Assembly: GCA_028534125.1 (NCBI GenBank)
Contig: CM052818.1
Location: 4,342,001-4,406,000, forward strand
DNA from: Lama glama
Lineage: Eukaryota
Direction of reading: 5' to 3'
Length of the DNA stretch: 64,000 nucleotides
A program made the position numbers and the translations under genes. This document shows positions 39,301 to 53,441 of this stretch, in pieces. Position 1 is the stretch's first letter; each line of letters opens with the position of its first letter. Below the pieces are notes generated by a model. It did no database searches and was not told the DNA's origin. It saw only the letters and a list, made by a program, of their open reading frames with translations.

Positions 39301-41444
39301 CTCCCTTATTGGGTTTATACTATTGCCTCTAGGAATTCATTGAAGTTTTGTAAGTCAACCTTGATATGCAATTTACATACAAACTGCATGTAAATACATA
39401 AACGCACCAATTTAAAGTGTACAGTTACATAGCTTTTGACTACTACATAATCACTACCCCAATAAAAACATAGAACATTTATGTCACCCAGAAAAATTAC
39501 TGTTTGTAACTGATGCCCCAAATTCTAGCCCACTCTGAGCTTTTTGTCTCAGTGACTTAGTTTTAACTATTCTAGAGTTCTTTCACTTAGCGTAATGTTC
39601 TTGAGACTTGTCCATGTTGTTGCCTGTATAAGTAGTTAAGTCCTTTGATCACTGAGTAGTATATACCATTGTATGGATATACTACAGTTTAATTATCCCT
39701 TCAACTATAAATGAACATCTGGGAGGTTTTCAGCTTTTGGTGTTATGAATAAAGTTGCTATGAATATTTGAGTAAGAGTCTTAGTGTGAATATGTTCTCA
39801 GTTCTCTTGAGTAAATACCTAAGAGGAGATTTGACAAGTCACATTGTAAGCATGTGTTTGACCACGTAAGAAATATCCAGACCATTGTACTATTGCATAT
39901 TTCTACCAGCAATGTATGAGAATTCTAGTTGCTTTAAATACTTAATAATATATCAATTTTTTTAATTTGGAAAAAAATAATTTTTTAGTTTTTAATTTTA
40001 ATTAATTTTTTAATTTAATTTAATTTTAATTGGAAGAGCCAATATTATTTCATGATCTATATTGTGGTCTTTCAGTCAGCCTAAATCTTCCAGTTGTGTT
40101 TATTCAAAGTGATTTTGGCTGTTCTTTGCACTGTTATATAGATTTTAGAATGAGCTTGTGGATTTCTCCAAAAATTGGAATATTAAATGGTTTTGTGTTA
40201 AATGTATAGGTCAATTTGGAGAGATTTGACACTTTAATATTAAGTCTTTTGATACATGAATATGGTATATCTCCCTATTTAGGTCTTCTTTAATTTCTCC
40301 CTATAATGTATTATAGTGTGCCCTGTATAGACTTTATACATATTTTGTTAAATTTATCACTAAATATTTCACATTTGAATGCTACTATAAATGGTGGTTT
40401 TTATCACTAGAACATAGAAATAAAATTGATTTTTTTGTCCTATATTCATCTTGAAGCCTGAGGCCTTGGTAATCCCACTCATTAGTCCTAATAGGTTTTT
40501 GGGGTTTTTTTTTTTTATAGAATCCCTAAGATTTCCTATGTATAATATAATGTCATCTGCAAATAAAAATTTTTTCTTCTTCCTTTCCAATCCATATTCC
40601 TTTTATTTCTGTCCCCATGGCAATGGCTAGGACCTCCAGTTTGATGCTAAATAGAAATGAGAATGGACATCCTTGTCCCTCAGTCTTAAGGAGAAAGCAT
40701 TCAGTTTTTCAACACTAACTAGCTGTAGGTTTTTTTCATAAATGCCTTTTATCAGATTAAGGAAGTTCCCTTCTATCCCTAATTTACTGAGAGTTTACTG
40801 AGAGTTTTTAAGAAAAAAACATGAATGTGTCATAAAATGTTTTCAAATATTTTTTATTTATCTTTTAAGAAGCTCATGTGATGTCTTCTTCATTCTGTAG
40901 TAGATTATATTGTTCTTTTGTGTTAAAACAGCTTTGAATTACTGGGATAAATGCCACTTGGTCATGGTATGTTCTCTGTATATATGACTGGATTTGATTG
41001 ATAAACATTTCATTGAGGATTTTACATCTGTTTTCCTAGGAATAATGGTCTGTGGTTTTCTTTTCTTGCAATGCCTTTGTCTAGTTTTGGTATCTGAATA
41101 ATAATGCTAGCTGCGTAAAGTGATTTGCAAAGTTGTTCACTCTTCTGTCTTCTGGAAGAGTTTGTATAGAATTAACATTATTCTTCTTTAATATTGGATA
41201 GAATTCACCAATAAAGGTATGCATTTTACTTTGTATAAAAGTTTTTAATCACAAATTCAATTTCCTTGATTGATATTGGGCTATTCAGGTTTTATTTCTT
41301 GAGTTAATTTTTGTAATTTGTCTTTGATATCATTTATTTATTTCAATTAAACTGTCAAATTTGTTGGTACAAAATTGTTGGCAATAATCCTCCACCATCC
41401 TATGCTATCTTAGGCTCTCTAATGATGTCCACTCTTTCATTCTT

Positions 41445-41850
41445 TTTTTCCAGTGTTTAATATTTTACTAAAGGTTTAAATGATGATATACATTATACAG
41501 AAGTAAATTGCAAATAGTTGTATTTTTTAAATATACTATGCCACACAATCTAAGGAAAAAGTACCTAAGAAGTTAAATCTTTTATAGGAGTCAACATTTC
41601 CTAAGTTAGCTCTCTTAACCTAAGGTTGTATATTCCCTCTGGGTGATTATCTTCTTTTATTTTTTCTTTCTTTCTTTTTTAATTGAAGTACAGTCAATTA
41701 CAATGTGTCAATTTCTGGTGTACAGCACAATGTCCCAGCCGTGTGTGTGTGTATATGTATATATATATATATTCATTTTCATGTTCTTTTTCATTAAAGG
41801 TTATTACAAGATACTGAACATAGTTCCCTGTGCCATCAGTAGAAACTTGT
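41445..41850 (-). mobile_element. Short L1 3' end (41681-41850) with about 200 bp of 3'-transduced sequence (41450-41650)
   Basis: Exact 15-bp TSD cactctttcattctt at 41430-41444 and 41851-41865; two separate T-tracts. Confidence 0.8.
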
Positions 41851-41879
41851 CACTCTTTCATTCTTGATATTCATAATTT

Positions 41880-41979
41880 NNNNNNNNNNNNNNNNNNNNN
41901 NNNNNNNNNNNNNNNNNNNNNNNNNNNNNNNNNNNNNNNNNNNNNNNNNNNNNNNNNNNNNNNNNNNNNNNNNNNNNNN
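41880..41979. other. Assembly gap (100 N)
   Basis: Run of N. Confidence 1.
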
Positions 41980-42343
41980 ATTGAAGTACAGTCAATTACA
42001 ATGTGTCAATTTCTGGTGTACAGCACAATGTCCCAGCCATGTGTGTGTGTGTATATGTATATATATATATATATTCATTTTCATGTTCTGTTTCATTAAA
42101 GGTTATTACAAGATACTGAACATAGTTCCCTGTGCCATCAGTAGAAACTTGTCACTCTTTCATTCTTGATATTCATAATTTTCCTTTTCCCCCCAACTGA
42201 TCTAGCTAGAGATTTATCAATTCTATTGATTTTTCAAAAACCTAGCTTTGTTTTCATATGCTTCACTGACCTATTTTTCTGTTTCATGGATTTCTGGTCC
42301 TATCTTAATTCTTTATTTTCTTAAGATATTTTAATTGAGGTTA

Positions 42344-42382
42344 CACACACACACACACACGCGCGTGTGCGCGCGTGCGCAC
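42344..42382. repeat. (CA)n/(CG)n alternating purine-pyrimidine tract
   Basis: acacacacacacacacacgcgcgtgtgcgcgcgtgcgcac. Confidence 0.9.
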
Positions 42383-45300
42383 GAGTTAAATGTCCCGTTT
42401 GTATATGGTACAGTTCTGGTTTTCAATAGTTTGACTTTATGCACCCAAGTGTGCATTTCTTTGAATCTTTTCTGCTTGGGCCCATTGAATTTCTTGAATC
42501 TATAAATTAATGTTCTTACTGAATTTGGGTTGTTTTTAATATTATTTTGTTTCAAATTTCTTTTCAACTTTATTCTCTCCTTCTCTTGTAGTACTGCAGC
42601 ATCACACACATTGGACAGCTTGGTATTATCCCGCAGGTCTTTATGGTCCTGTTTGATTTTCTTTTGTGGTTCTTCAAATTAGATAATTTCTATTGAGATA
42701 TACTCAAGCTCACTAATTTTGTCTTCCACCATTTCCAGTCTACTCTTGTGCTTATTTTTTGAATTTTTTTCTATCACTGTATTTTTCAGCCCTAGGATTT
42801 TTATTTGTATTTTTTATAGCTTCCTTGAGATGTTCTTCTTAAATACTCACTCATTGACACCATGTGTCCTTTACTTCTTCAAGTATATTTGTAAAGGCTG
42901 GTTTGAAATAGTCGTCTGATAAATTTCAGCATCTAGCCCTATTTAGAGTAAGTTGCCATAGAATGACTTTTTTCCTGAATGTGGGTCACACTTTCCTGTT
43001 TTATTACAAGTCTGATAATATTTGATTAGAAACTCAACATTGTAGATAACATAGTATTGATTCTAGTTTCTTTTAGTCTTACGAGGATTATTCTCTTTTT
43101 AAATTCTAGCATTCAGTAACATTGCTGGACTCAGACTACAAATCCTCTCTTTCCAACAGCTGATACCTTTGCTAATTTCTTTTCAACTTTCAATTTCTGC
43201 TTTTTAGCCTGGTCCCCTTATGCCAGTGGAGTTTAGCAGTCAGCAAAGAAGTTGGACAATTTATACTGAGCTTTTGTGATCCATCCACCCTGAGGTCCCT
43301 CTATATTTCCAGCTGCTTTGCCAGTCCTGAGCCCTTTGCTTTGACAATTCAAGCCAGTAAGGCTCCAACTTCTTGGATTTGGGAATGTATCAATCCAAAA
43401 AAAGAAGGGAAAAAAAAGAAAGAAAAGGAAAGGGAAAAGACAGTGAACCTACAAATCTTATTCAGCATAATTCTCTCTTTCAGGAGTAGACTTTTCACTG
43501 ATTTCTCTGCTCGGAAAAGCCTTCTCCCACCAGCCCATACATGCAGTTAGCCAAGAATTATGGCAGAGTTATAGTCAGATTTGGGATCTCACCTCTTTTT
43601 TTGCAGCTCTCTTGCTTCCAGGATTTTCTCCCTAAATTGCCAGCTACTCTGCTGGCCCTGAACACTATCTTCTGCCACTTTTAGCAGATAAAGCTGCTGT
43701 TTTCTTCTGTCTGAACTTCCAGGAACTGGGGAGTATCTTGAGGCAAAAAAGCCACAAAGATAATTCTTAACTTTTGTAGTTGAGGCCTTTCAAGGGTAAC
43801 ACTCTGGTTTCTGCCTTGCTTTTAGTTGCTTTTTTAAAGGCTTCAAATAGTTTTTGTTTCTATTTTATCAGATATTATAATTCTCTATGTAAGTTTCACC
43901 CAGTGACTCCACTCCACCATTACCCACCCCACCCCCCTCTTTTAAAGACATTTCAGTGTAGGACTTCTGGTTTCTGGTAATGTGATAAGATTTGCATGTT
44001 GTTAAAGTCAGTCTATTAACATTATGCAGATTGGAAGGAGAGATGGGCAAAGGACAAATAAGAAGTCTTCACAATCTAAAATTTTCTGTTAAGTTTAATA
44101 ACTTTGAGAAATGAATTGGGCACATTTTCATAGTTTGTGCTCTGAAACAATTTACCTAGCATAGGACTTAGCTGTTAACTCAAAAGTCGGACAGAATTTC
44201 CCCATAAAAGTCAGGATCCAAAATAAAGATATTTGGAGGGAGTATCTCCAATTTTCAACTTCATCCATAACTTTCGCCTTTGGGGGTCTTTGAAGATTTT
44301 ATTGAGTCCATTTCAGTTGTTTTTCTGAGGAAACCATCCATGTCTACAGAAACACATTTTAAAATGTATTTTCAAACTTCTAGGAAAATATTTGCAAATC
44401 ACATATCCAACAAAGGGCTGGTGAATAAAAATAAATCTCTTTTATATCAAAGTGCCCTTCCGTTCTAGCATATCAAGAATAGCATATGTAATTAGAGTTG
44501 AAAGGAAATATTAACACAGAACTGCAAATACTGAAGTTATCAGAATTTTAATGAGCGCCCAGAGAGCCAATGAGCTAATTCACTTAAGTTGTTCATTCTT
44601 TCTCTGAACTTGTGCAGAGCTCTGGGTCAGGTGCAGAGATGGCCACCGTAAATGAATGCCCCCTCTCTTCTAAGTGCTCACAGAACAGGAGACGAGACCT
44701 CCTTACCTTCTGCCTGGAGCCAGTATGGCCTTGAGGGGACCAGAACCATAACTTTTTCTGGTCTTAGAAGGGTGGAGTCATACTTCTTTTGCTAGAGGTA
44801 TAAACAGAACACTAGGGAGGAAGATTAACTCAAACAATTTAGAAAGGGCTTGATTAAAGACTTCTTACTTGGATCTGTAATGTGAGAACTTCTACATTAT
44901 TTTGAATGGGGTTGAAGCATAGGTTTGGTTTCATTTTGTTTTTTAATGTGAGAATGATTTAGACTTAGTCATGTAAAGAAAGATTTTATTACTCACCCTA
45001 AGTCTAGATTGCTAGCAGCCAGGCACCTGCGGAAAGGTTGGAGAGCCTTTAAGTTGCTAGATGCTTTGGGATTATATAGTAGGGAAAAGATTCGCTACAC
45101 TGTAACTCACGAATCCTGAGTCCCAGCAGGAAAGCCCAGATTCTTACGTATAATTTCCACTCCAGAAGAAGCAGACGACTGAGAGTTGATTGTTCCAACA
45201 GTGATCACACACTTTTGGTTTGAGCATTGTTTGTATCTTATCTGTAATAGCTGATTCTAAGGAAAACAGTTGAAATCAGAGAAGCTTTTTTGATTAAGTC

Positions 45301-47319
45301 GGCAGCTCTGATGTAAACTCGGATGTTCATCCTAGTGGTGAATGGTGAAGCTTTCAGCCAGCCTTCATCGTTACCCTGTGCCACTTTTAAATTACCAGTA
45401 TTCCAAACTTAAGTTTTTAAAGGATAGATGTTCCATGCTCTCAGAGACAACGTGGAAACCTTGACACATCCAGGGAAATGCAATCAATTAAGCAGCAAGT
45501 TTCTGGATTATTGAGTTCGCATACCCCGTAAAGGGAAACATCAGTGGTGTGGGTGCCCGAGAAAGCACCAAGAATGTCAGAATCAGAACTGAAAGCTAGG
45601 AAGAGATCGGGATGCCTCCGACCCGTGTAATTAACTGAGATCCCAGGCAAACCTTAACTCAAAGCGCCTGTTTCTTCAGTGCAGCATAAGTGGCTTTCAC
45701 TATCTGATCACCAAGACCACTTCCAGCTCTAGCAGGATATGCAGATTACAAACTTACCTTTAGGGGCGTGATACTACTTATTTGCTGAAGAAAGTCACAT
45801 TGTCAAATACTGTCGTTTAGGATCACACCAAATAAGACTGAAGGCCAACAAATCCATGTAGGAATCTTTTTTTGGTTGGGCGCAGACACAGAGAGGAGGG
45901 TAGGAATGCACCCCAGCATCTTAAGGGATTTGCATGACTTTTTTTTTTTAACTGTGAAATAACCAAGTTCAGAAATGTGAGCAGACTTTTAAAGCACCAG
46001 TAATCCCTGTGTTTTGATTTGGTTCATTTTCAGATTATCCTCCACATATATATATACATTTTACAATTGCATCATTTTTAATACATATTTTGTCCAAGTT
46101 TCTACATATTCATTGTTATAATTTTAATGGTAACATAAAACTCTATCATATCGTAATGATGTATCACTATCAAATATATCACAATGATAAGACTACTCTC
46201 CAGATATTAGATATGCTGGTTGTCCCATCAAAAAAAAGTGCTGTAATGAATAATTTTGTGCATATATCTACCTCAATCTGCATAAAAATATTTGCTCAAA
46301 AGAACTGAATCTTTATGGCTATTCCCACTAGGGTCATTTCTTTTTAAGTTGTACATATCATTTTACTGTTACTAGTAATAAAGAAATTTACTGGCTTTGT
46401 TATAATTATGACTTCATTGGGAATTACTTTAAAAATAATACTTTCTAGTTTATTTTTCACTATCACAAGAATGAACATTTTCACATGTTAATTTTGTTTT
46501 GTCAGTACTTCTATTGGAAATTGTTATTTTTTTAAAAATCAGACTCCTCACAAAGATAAAAAAAAGTCTGTCATATCTGTCATATTTCTCTCACTACTGC
46601 TATTTTATTTTCCATTGTATAGGAACATAATTACATTTAAATTTTTCATTTTCTGCTATGATTTCTTCTTTTAAAATGAAGACGGTTATTTTTCCATAGA
46701 GTTGACAGTCTGTTTTGATTTTCCCATAATTTCACTTTTTATGTGACTTAACTTTCCTCTGATTCAAACTTGATTTGTATGTTTACACTGTACATCACTT
46801 TACAAAAGATTTAAGATGGTATTTAGCATTTTATGAGTCCCAGCAGTAGAGCCCGGGTTCTTAAATGTAATTTTCACTCTAGAAGAAGCAGGTGATTGAG
46901 AGTTGAGTGTTTCAGCAGTGATTACACAGTTTTTGGTTTGCACATTGGCCATGCATTCGTGTTTTATCTGCAATAGGCTGACTCTATGACAATTGAAGTT
47001 AGAATTATTATTCAGTGAAATTAGAAAAGGTTTCCTGATCAAGTCAGCAGCTCAAATTTTAAGTGAAAATTTCATGCCAGTGATGAAAGTCTGACATATG
47101 CTTTAACACTATTTTATGACTTTTGTCAGGCTTAAGTATCATAAATTACAGGCACAACCACTTTCACAGGTCGTAAGGAAGTCTGGCAATGTCCAAGTAT
47201 ATCCGATTAATCAAATAGTCGAATCCAGCGAGGGAAGCTGAATTAAAGATATACCTTATAGAGAAAGGACTCAGTCTCTTACCATTGACGGTGATGTTAG
47301 CAATAGGTTCGTTATTGGT

Positions 47320-48355
47320 GCCCCTTAATCAATTTGAAGAACTTACCCTCTATTCCTAGTTCTCTAAGAGTTTTTATTATGGATGGAAATTGAATTGCCA
47401 AATGCTCTTTCTGCATCTATGGATATAACTGCATGGTGTTTTTTTACTTTATTTTGTTAATATGGTGAATTACATGAATTTTCAAATATTAAACCATCCT
47501 TGAGTTCTAAGGGTAAACCTCTCTTAGTCCCGATGTAACATCCTTATTATGTATTGCTGGATTTGACTTAACTAATATATCAAGCAAATAAAATTATAAG
47601 CAAATTTTATGCATAAATCCATGAGGAATTTTTGTCTGTAATTTTCCTTTCCTCGTAGTATCTTTGTCAGGTTTTGGTATTAAGGTAACAATGGCTTCAC
47701 AAAATGAACTGAGAAATGTTCCCTCCTCTGTTACATAGAATTGGTATTTTTTCCCTTAAATATATGAATTTATCAGTGCAGCCACTTGGGCCTGAAATTT
47801 TCCTTTCTGGGAAGATTTTTTAACTACAAATTTGATGTCTTTGGTAGTCAGAGGTCTAGTGATAGCTTGTGTCTTTTAAAGAATGTGTCCATTTCTTTAA
47901 ATGTATCAGTTGTTCTTAACCTGAGAATCCCACATTGTTCCTAATATAGAATCTATAGTGATGGCATCTCTCTCATTCCTGATACTGGTCATTTGTTTTC
48001 TTTTTCCTGCTCAGTTTTGCAGGGGTTTATCAATTACAAAGACTTTTTAAAAAAGAACAGACTTTAGTTTGATCGATTCTTCTTTATGGTTTTTCCTTCT
48101 TCTATTTCCTTGATTTCTACTCTTTATTGCCTTTCTTCTTCTTACAACTAGGCTGGCTAGAATGAAAAGGACTGGGAATGCCAACTTTTGGAAAGGGTGT
48201 AGGACAACTGAGACTCTCATATTGCTGGTATGAGTGTAAAATGGTGCGATCATGTGGGAAAAATTTGACAGTTTCTTATAAAGTTAAGCATACTTTGTAA
48301 GACCCAGAACTTTTAGTCCTATCTATTCAGCTAAGAGAAATGGAAAACATATATT
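47320..48355. mobile_element. Old L1 fragments (antisense about 47320-48140, sense about 48150-48355)
   Basis: ccctctattcctagtt...ctttgtcaggttttggtattaaggtaa, then actctcatattgctggtatgagtgtaaaatggtgc. Confidence 0.75.
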
Positions 48356-48799
48356 TACTAGTAAAGCTTCAAGCAGTACAGGAATAGAGGGGCTTGGAAC
48401 CCAGTAGGAATTGGTAAGTCACACCACACTTAAAGTCACAGATGCCTATTTACACTGCAAATTCATTTACTAATGAAGTAACATCATGTTTCTATCAATA
48501 TAATAAGCTTGTTCTGTGCTCCTAAGTCGATGGATTTCTTATTCTCGGTGAATTTCATGTCTCCAGTGGTGTTAGGTGGCAGGGGGAGTGGACAGAAGGG
48601 CTCTGGGGATTCTATACCCTCTGATTGTAAGACCACCACAGAAATTGCTTAAAACCAGCTCTTCCGACTCCTTATTTGTTGCTGAGGACAACAGATGAGT
48701 CTCCTCTCCTTGCAATCTGAGAGGTTCTCTTTCACATTGTGAAGTAAAAGACGTCCCAAGGCTTGCAACTTGGAAGAACACTAAGACAAATGAAATGTC

Positions 48800-49193
48800 C
48801 AGCTGTCTAGTAGAGTGGGTCAGATTCAGAATTCAATAGACGAGGTGGCTTACACACAGATATTTATTTCTCCCAGTTCTGGACACTGGATGTCCAAGAT
48901 CAAGGTGCCAGCAGACCTGGTGTCTGGTGTGAGCGCTCTTCCTAATTCACGGACAGCTGCTTTCTTGCTGTGTTCTCACATGAAGGAAAAGAGAGAGACA
49001 GAGAGACAGAGACAGAAAGAGAGAGATCATCATTCTCCTGTGACTGTTTTCTTAAGGGCACTAATCCCATTCCTGTGGGTTCCACCCTCATGCTTTAATT
49101 ACTTCTGGAAGGCCCCACTTCTGAATGCCATCACATTGGGGCTTTAGGCTTCAACATATGAATTTGGGGGAGATACAAATATTCAGTCCATAG
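48800..49193 (-). mobile_element. MaLR LTR (MLT1A-like)
   Basis: atttatttctcccagttctggacactggatgtccaagatcaaggtgccagcaga...ggcttcaacatatgaatttgggggagatacaaatattcagtccatag. Confidence 0.8.
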
Positions 49194-51624
49194 TGCTATA
49201 CGAAAACATTCTACACATGACAGTCCATATATGTTCTCACTCTGGGAGAAAAAGGAAGAACCATTCAACAACTCTTAGCTCATTTGCTTAAAAAAACAGT
49301 TTAGCACATTGATTCTAGTTTCTAGATAGGAATTAGGAAACCTGGGTTCCTGATCTGCCCCTATCATTAGCTGGAAACACAGTCCAGACCTAGAGTGAGT
49401 CACTTAACCTCTCTGAATCTCAGTTCTCACATCCATAAAATGGAGATGTTAAAACCAGTCACAGGACCAATGTGGAATGACATGTGTGGAAGTAATTGTA
49501 TTTTTTTTTTTAAAAAAAATGAGTTTTAAATGCACAGAATTATACTATGTATAATTGCATCACCCAAGGAGCCTGCCTGGGTAATTTTCCCTTGGAAGGC
49601 ACAGATGGGGTGGGAGGGAGGAGAGAGCTGTGTGTTGCTTCTGTTCTTCAAAGGAAATGCCAGCTTTGGAGACCCCATCTGTTCTCAGCCCGAGCAGAAG
49701 TCCTGAGCTAGGTAGTGAGATGCCCAGGAAATAGAGCTCCAGAAGAAAGAGTCGGAAGAAGGCTAATAGGAAGTTGAAACAACTAATGTGTGGGAGAGAG
49801 GGAAATATATGCCTAATTCGCAGCAGTTAATTTTACTATAACATGACCTTGGGTCCAACATTAATAAAAGAGAAACAAAGTAAAAGCACTTAGATGTCCC
49901 ACGTCTTAGCTGTGACTTGCCGTCACAGACCTGATTTTGGCCTCCTGTGTTCCTGAGAACTGTCAGATTGAAGCTTCCTTAGTTTTAAGGTTATTCAAAT
50001 GTAAGTGCAGCGCCTTAAGGGTTTCGGGTTTGGGTTTTTGTTTTTTTGTTTTTTTGTTTTGTTTTGTTTTTTCCTTGCCTCTGGTCAAAATCATCTTTGT
50101 ATGTTTGTTTGTTTGTCTGTTTGCTTGATGACCAACTTTATTTATATCTGTTTCAAAAAAGGCCTCAGCATTGTTTCTCCCACTTACCCAGCCGGGTTTC
50201 AAGCTACTCCCTCCAAAGATTAGCCGGTGCTTGTAGAATATTTCTATAACTTTATTTAATTCAATTGCACTTAAAATGTACAATGTCTTGTGCTAATCGA
50301 AAATAATAAGAACTCATCTTGGTGATTTGTAAAATGAGATTTCAGTTTATTCTTACCACCCTTACCCTATTGTAAACAAAGTTGTAATATTTTCATTAGC
50401 ATATGTGTATCCTTAATAGAATTTATAAAATCCCTAGGGTTTGAGGGGTATGTATGTTAAGATTTCAGGGATGACAAATCCATTTCACCATCGAAATATT
50501 CTTTCTGATGATAAAAGTAAATGTTTATTGCAGAAAATCTAAGTAGAAAAGATAAGAGAGCATTCTATTTCTTTACTTAGAGATCTATTGTTAATTTTTT
50601 TCATTTTCTTTTCTCTATACATCTTATTTTGTATATTTGAGCACATAATGTATATAAATATTTTAATTCATCTTTTTCTTTTTAACATTGTCCTAATCAT
50701 TTTCTCTCATCAGAATTCCTAAAACTCCTGTTTAATGGTTATATAAACCCTAAATTCCTGTTTAATGGTTATATAAATTCATTATACAGATAAGCCACCA
50801 TTTTCATAATAATTTCATCAAGTTGGATGCTAACATTGTTTCCAGCATTTAGAAATGTTTGCTAAGTTGATCGGTAAATAATATCTCTATAAAGTTTGCA
50901 TTTCTTTAATTACTAATAATATTACATTTGAATATTTTTCCGATGTTAGCCATTTTTTTAATGAATTGTGTTCCAGTTTTATCCAAATAGTCTTAGTAGT
51001 TCTTATTAATTAATTCATATAACATCTTATGTTAAGGATATTAACCATTTGGTCATACTTGTAAATACTTAACAGTTTGGCTTAACATTTTTTTCTGGCT
51101 ATAAAAGTAAAATTAGATTATTAAATTTTGAAAATACAAATAAGTACACAGAAGAAAATAAAAACTTATTCCATCAGCATTAACATGTATAATTTTAATG
51201 GAATTAATACTAGATATTCTTGTTGGTACTCTGCTCAGTTCAGGTAACAATATAGAACAGTAGAATATGTTTATTAAATATTTACATTTAGAATTGCTAC
51301 ATACTATTTTACTGTATAGGTATACCATAATTAATTAATGTCATAAAGGTGGAAATTTAGTGTTCAATTTTTCACTGCTTTAAACACTATGTATTTCTTA
51401 AAATAAATTATAAATGAAATGGCTTGACCCAATTATATTTATACCTTTAACTTGATACAAATCATCCTTTCAAAAGGCTGTATAATTCAGTGTCCACTGG
51501 CAGTGTTTAGAATATCTGTTTCCTTGTAATTCATTAAAATCAATATTTCCCCAGTACCTCCTCCAAAAATAAACAAATAAACTTAATCATACCTTTCCCT
51601 GCCAAAAAAAATCAATATATCTAT

Positions 51625-51880
51625 TTTTTAATCAACTTTGTGTTATAATAAACGTACCCATTTAAGCACGCTGATCAATGAGTTTTGACAAACATATACA
51701 TACACTCTTGTAACAACAACCCCAATCAAGATGTACAATGTTTCACCCTAAAAAGTTCCCTTTTGCACATTTTCCTCAATCATCAATCCCCTCCTCCCAC
51801 CCCAGGCTCTAGGTAACCACAGATGTCTCCTGTCAACATAGATTATTTTCTATCACTATAAATTATACATATACATAATT

Positions 51881-51944
<64 letters not shown>

Positions 51945-52240
51945 CTTTTGTGTAAATGGAGTCATCTGGGGTCTGGATTCTTCTGCTCAACATGTTTTTG
52001 AGATCCATCCTTGTTGCTGCCCGAATCAGTATGCTCTGCTTTATTGTTGAGTAAAAAGCTATCCTATAGATAGACCAAAATTTGTCTACCCCCAGGTGGA
52101 AGATGAAAATTTGGGTTGATTCCAGTCTGGGGCTTTTGTGAATAAAGCTGTGTGTACATGTACATGTCTTTAAGCCATGACTCTAAAAAGAGATGCTTCA
52201 TTTTCTTACCTGGGAGAAGATTTGTGGACTCTAGGTATGT
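51625..52240 (-). mobile_element. Old L1 3' UTR fragment containing a (TA)n microsatellite (about 51880-51942)
   Basis: atgagttttgacaaacatatacat...cccaatcaagat...tttttgagatccatcc..gttgctg. Confidence 0.75.
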
Positions 52241-53441
52241 CACCCAGTGTTTCAAGTCAAGCAGATTTCCCAAAGGAAAGCCAGACCTTGTCTGGGGATC
52301 AGATTAGCAGGATGAGGCAATGGTGCAGGATATAATTTTGAGAGCATCTTGGAAAGCTCTCCGGGAAGCACCTGATTGCCCTTCTGCAGCCGCCACAAGC
52401 ATAAGGCTCCTATTGCTCACTGCCCTTCCCCCGCCCCCACATCTTCTGGCTCCTGACAAGTCTAAGAACCCTGCTAAGTCAGTCCCTTTCCCCTCCCATG
52501 ACAGGGGAGGATCAGAGGAGAAAAATAATGACAGGCATCATGCTGTTTGATGCCAGATCCCCTAAATAGCTCCCGGAGGCGGGAGCAGGGTCAGGCTACC
52601 CCGCCGGCCGCTTGAGCCCCTGCCCAGTGGCCTCTAGGGTATTCTGTGACCTCTTCTCGGCTACATGAGAACTGCATGCTCATGGCTCTGGAGAATTCTG
52701 TGCAGTGTTTGCAGGGCCTACCTGCTGGAAATAGAATGCATACTTCTTGAGAGCAAGATCATGCCTTATACAAATTTTTCTATGGAGAAGGCACACAGTA
52801 GGCACTCAAATATGGTTTTGGATAATGTGTTATTGGAGCCTGAGACATGGACATGCATTCCTGGCTTTATAAATACTCGATACTGCTTGAAAGTTAAAGT
52901 AAGGTCTTTCACAGTCAAATGTTTCCAGTACAATAGTTTTCCCTGGAATTGAAATGAATGATGGTGGGCAGTTGTATCTCCTGTTTAGTTATGTTGCACA
53001 TGTGTTATTTTGTACAGCTGGTTTTTGAAATAGACACCAGCAGACAATCATTACACACCATTCCCTGTCTGCTCTTCCCAGTCTTCCTTTCTGTGGCTGG
53101 CTCTGAACCTCTGAGGCTGCAAGAGCAGCTTCCAGAAATCAAAGCTGGGAAACAGATCAATTAGGGGAGTTATTTTTATACGAGGCAATATGATAGCAAA
53201 TGCCATGTGTACGATGGGAATAATATGTTATAGAGAAAAATGTGGTTTACAGACAGCTTTTCAGGAAAATTTCTTGTAATAAAGGAAGATCGTTCATTAA
53301 AATCAAGGTCCCAGCTTTCAGACCACACAAGCCTGGGGTGATTACGTCTCGTTACACACCCCTTTCCCGGACAGTAGCTCTTGTCTATTGCTCGTGGCAG
53401 AATGAGGGTTTGATGTGGCGTGTTTCTTTCTCTTCCCTCAG

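Larger units (their letters stand above)
39345..43860 (-). mobile_element. Long degenerate antisense L1 (L1M-type) in CNRIP1 intron 2, with nested younger insertions
   Basis: Continuous antisense L1 3' UTR and ORF2 sequence; ORF 40369-40590 (-) retains the RT motif LFADDIILY. Confidence 0.85.

Noticed and set aside
47320..48355. Strand switch between old L1 fragments as a second twin-priming event
   Set aside because: No TSD was found and the fragments are too degenerate to show they belong to one insertion.
50725..50780. About 30-bp tandem duplication (cctgtttaatggttatataaa twice); similar small duplications near 40783, 56815 and 60978
   Set aside because: Two- to three-copy slippage duplications without unique spacers; not CRISPR-like and not evidently functional.
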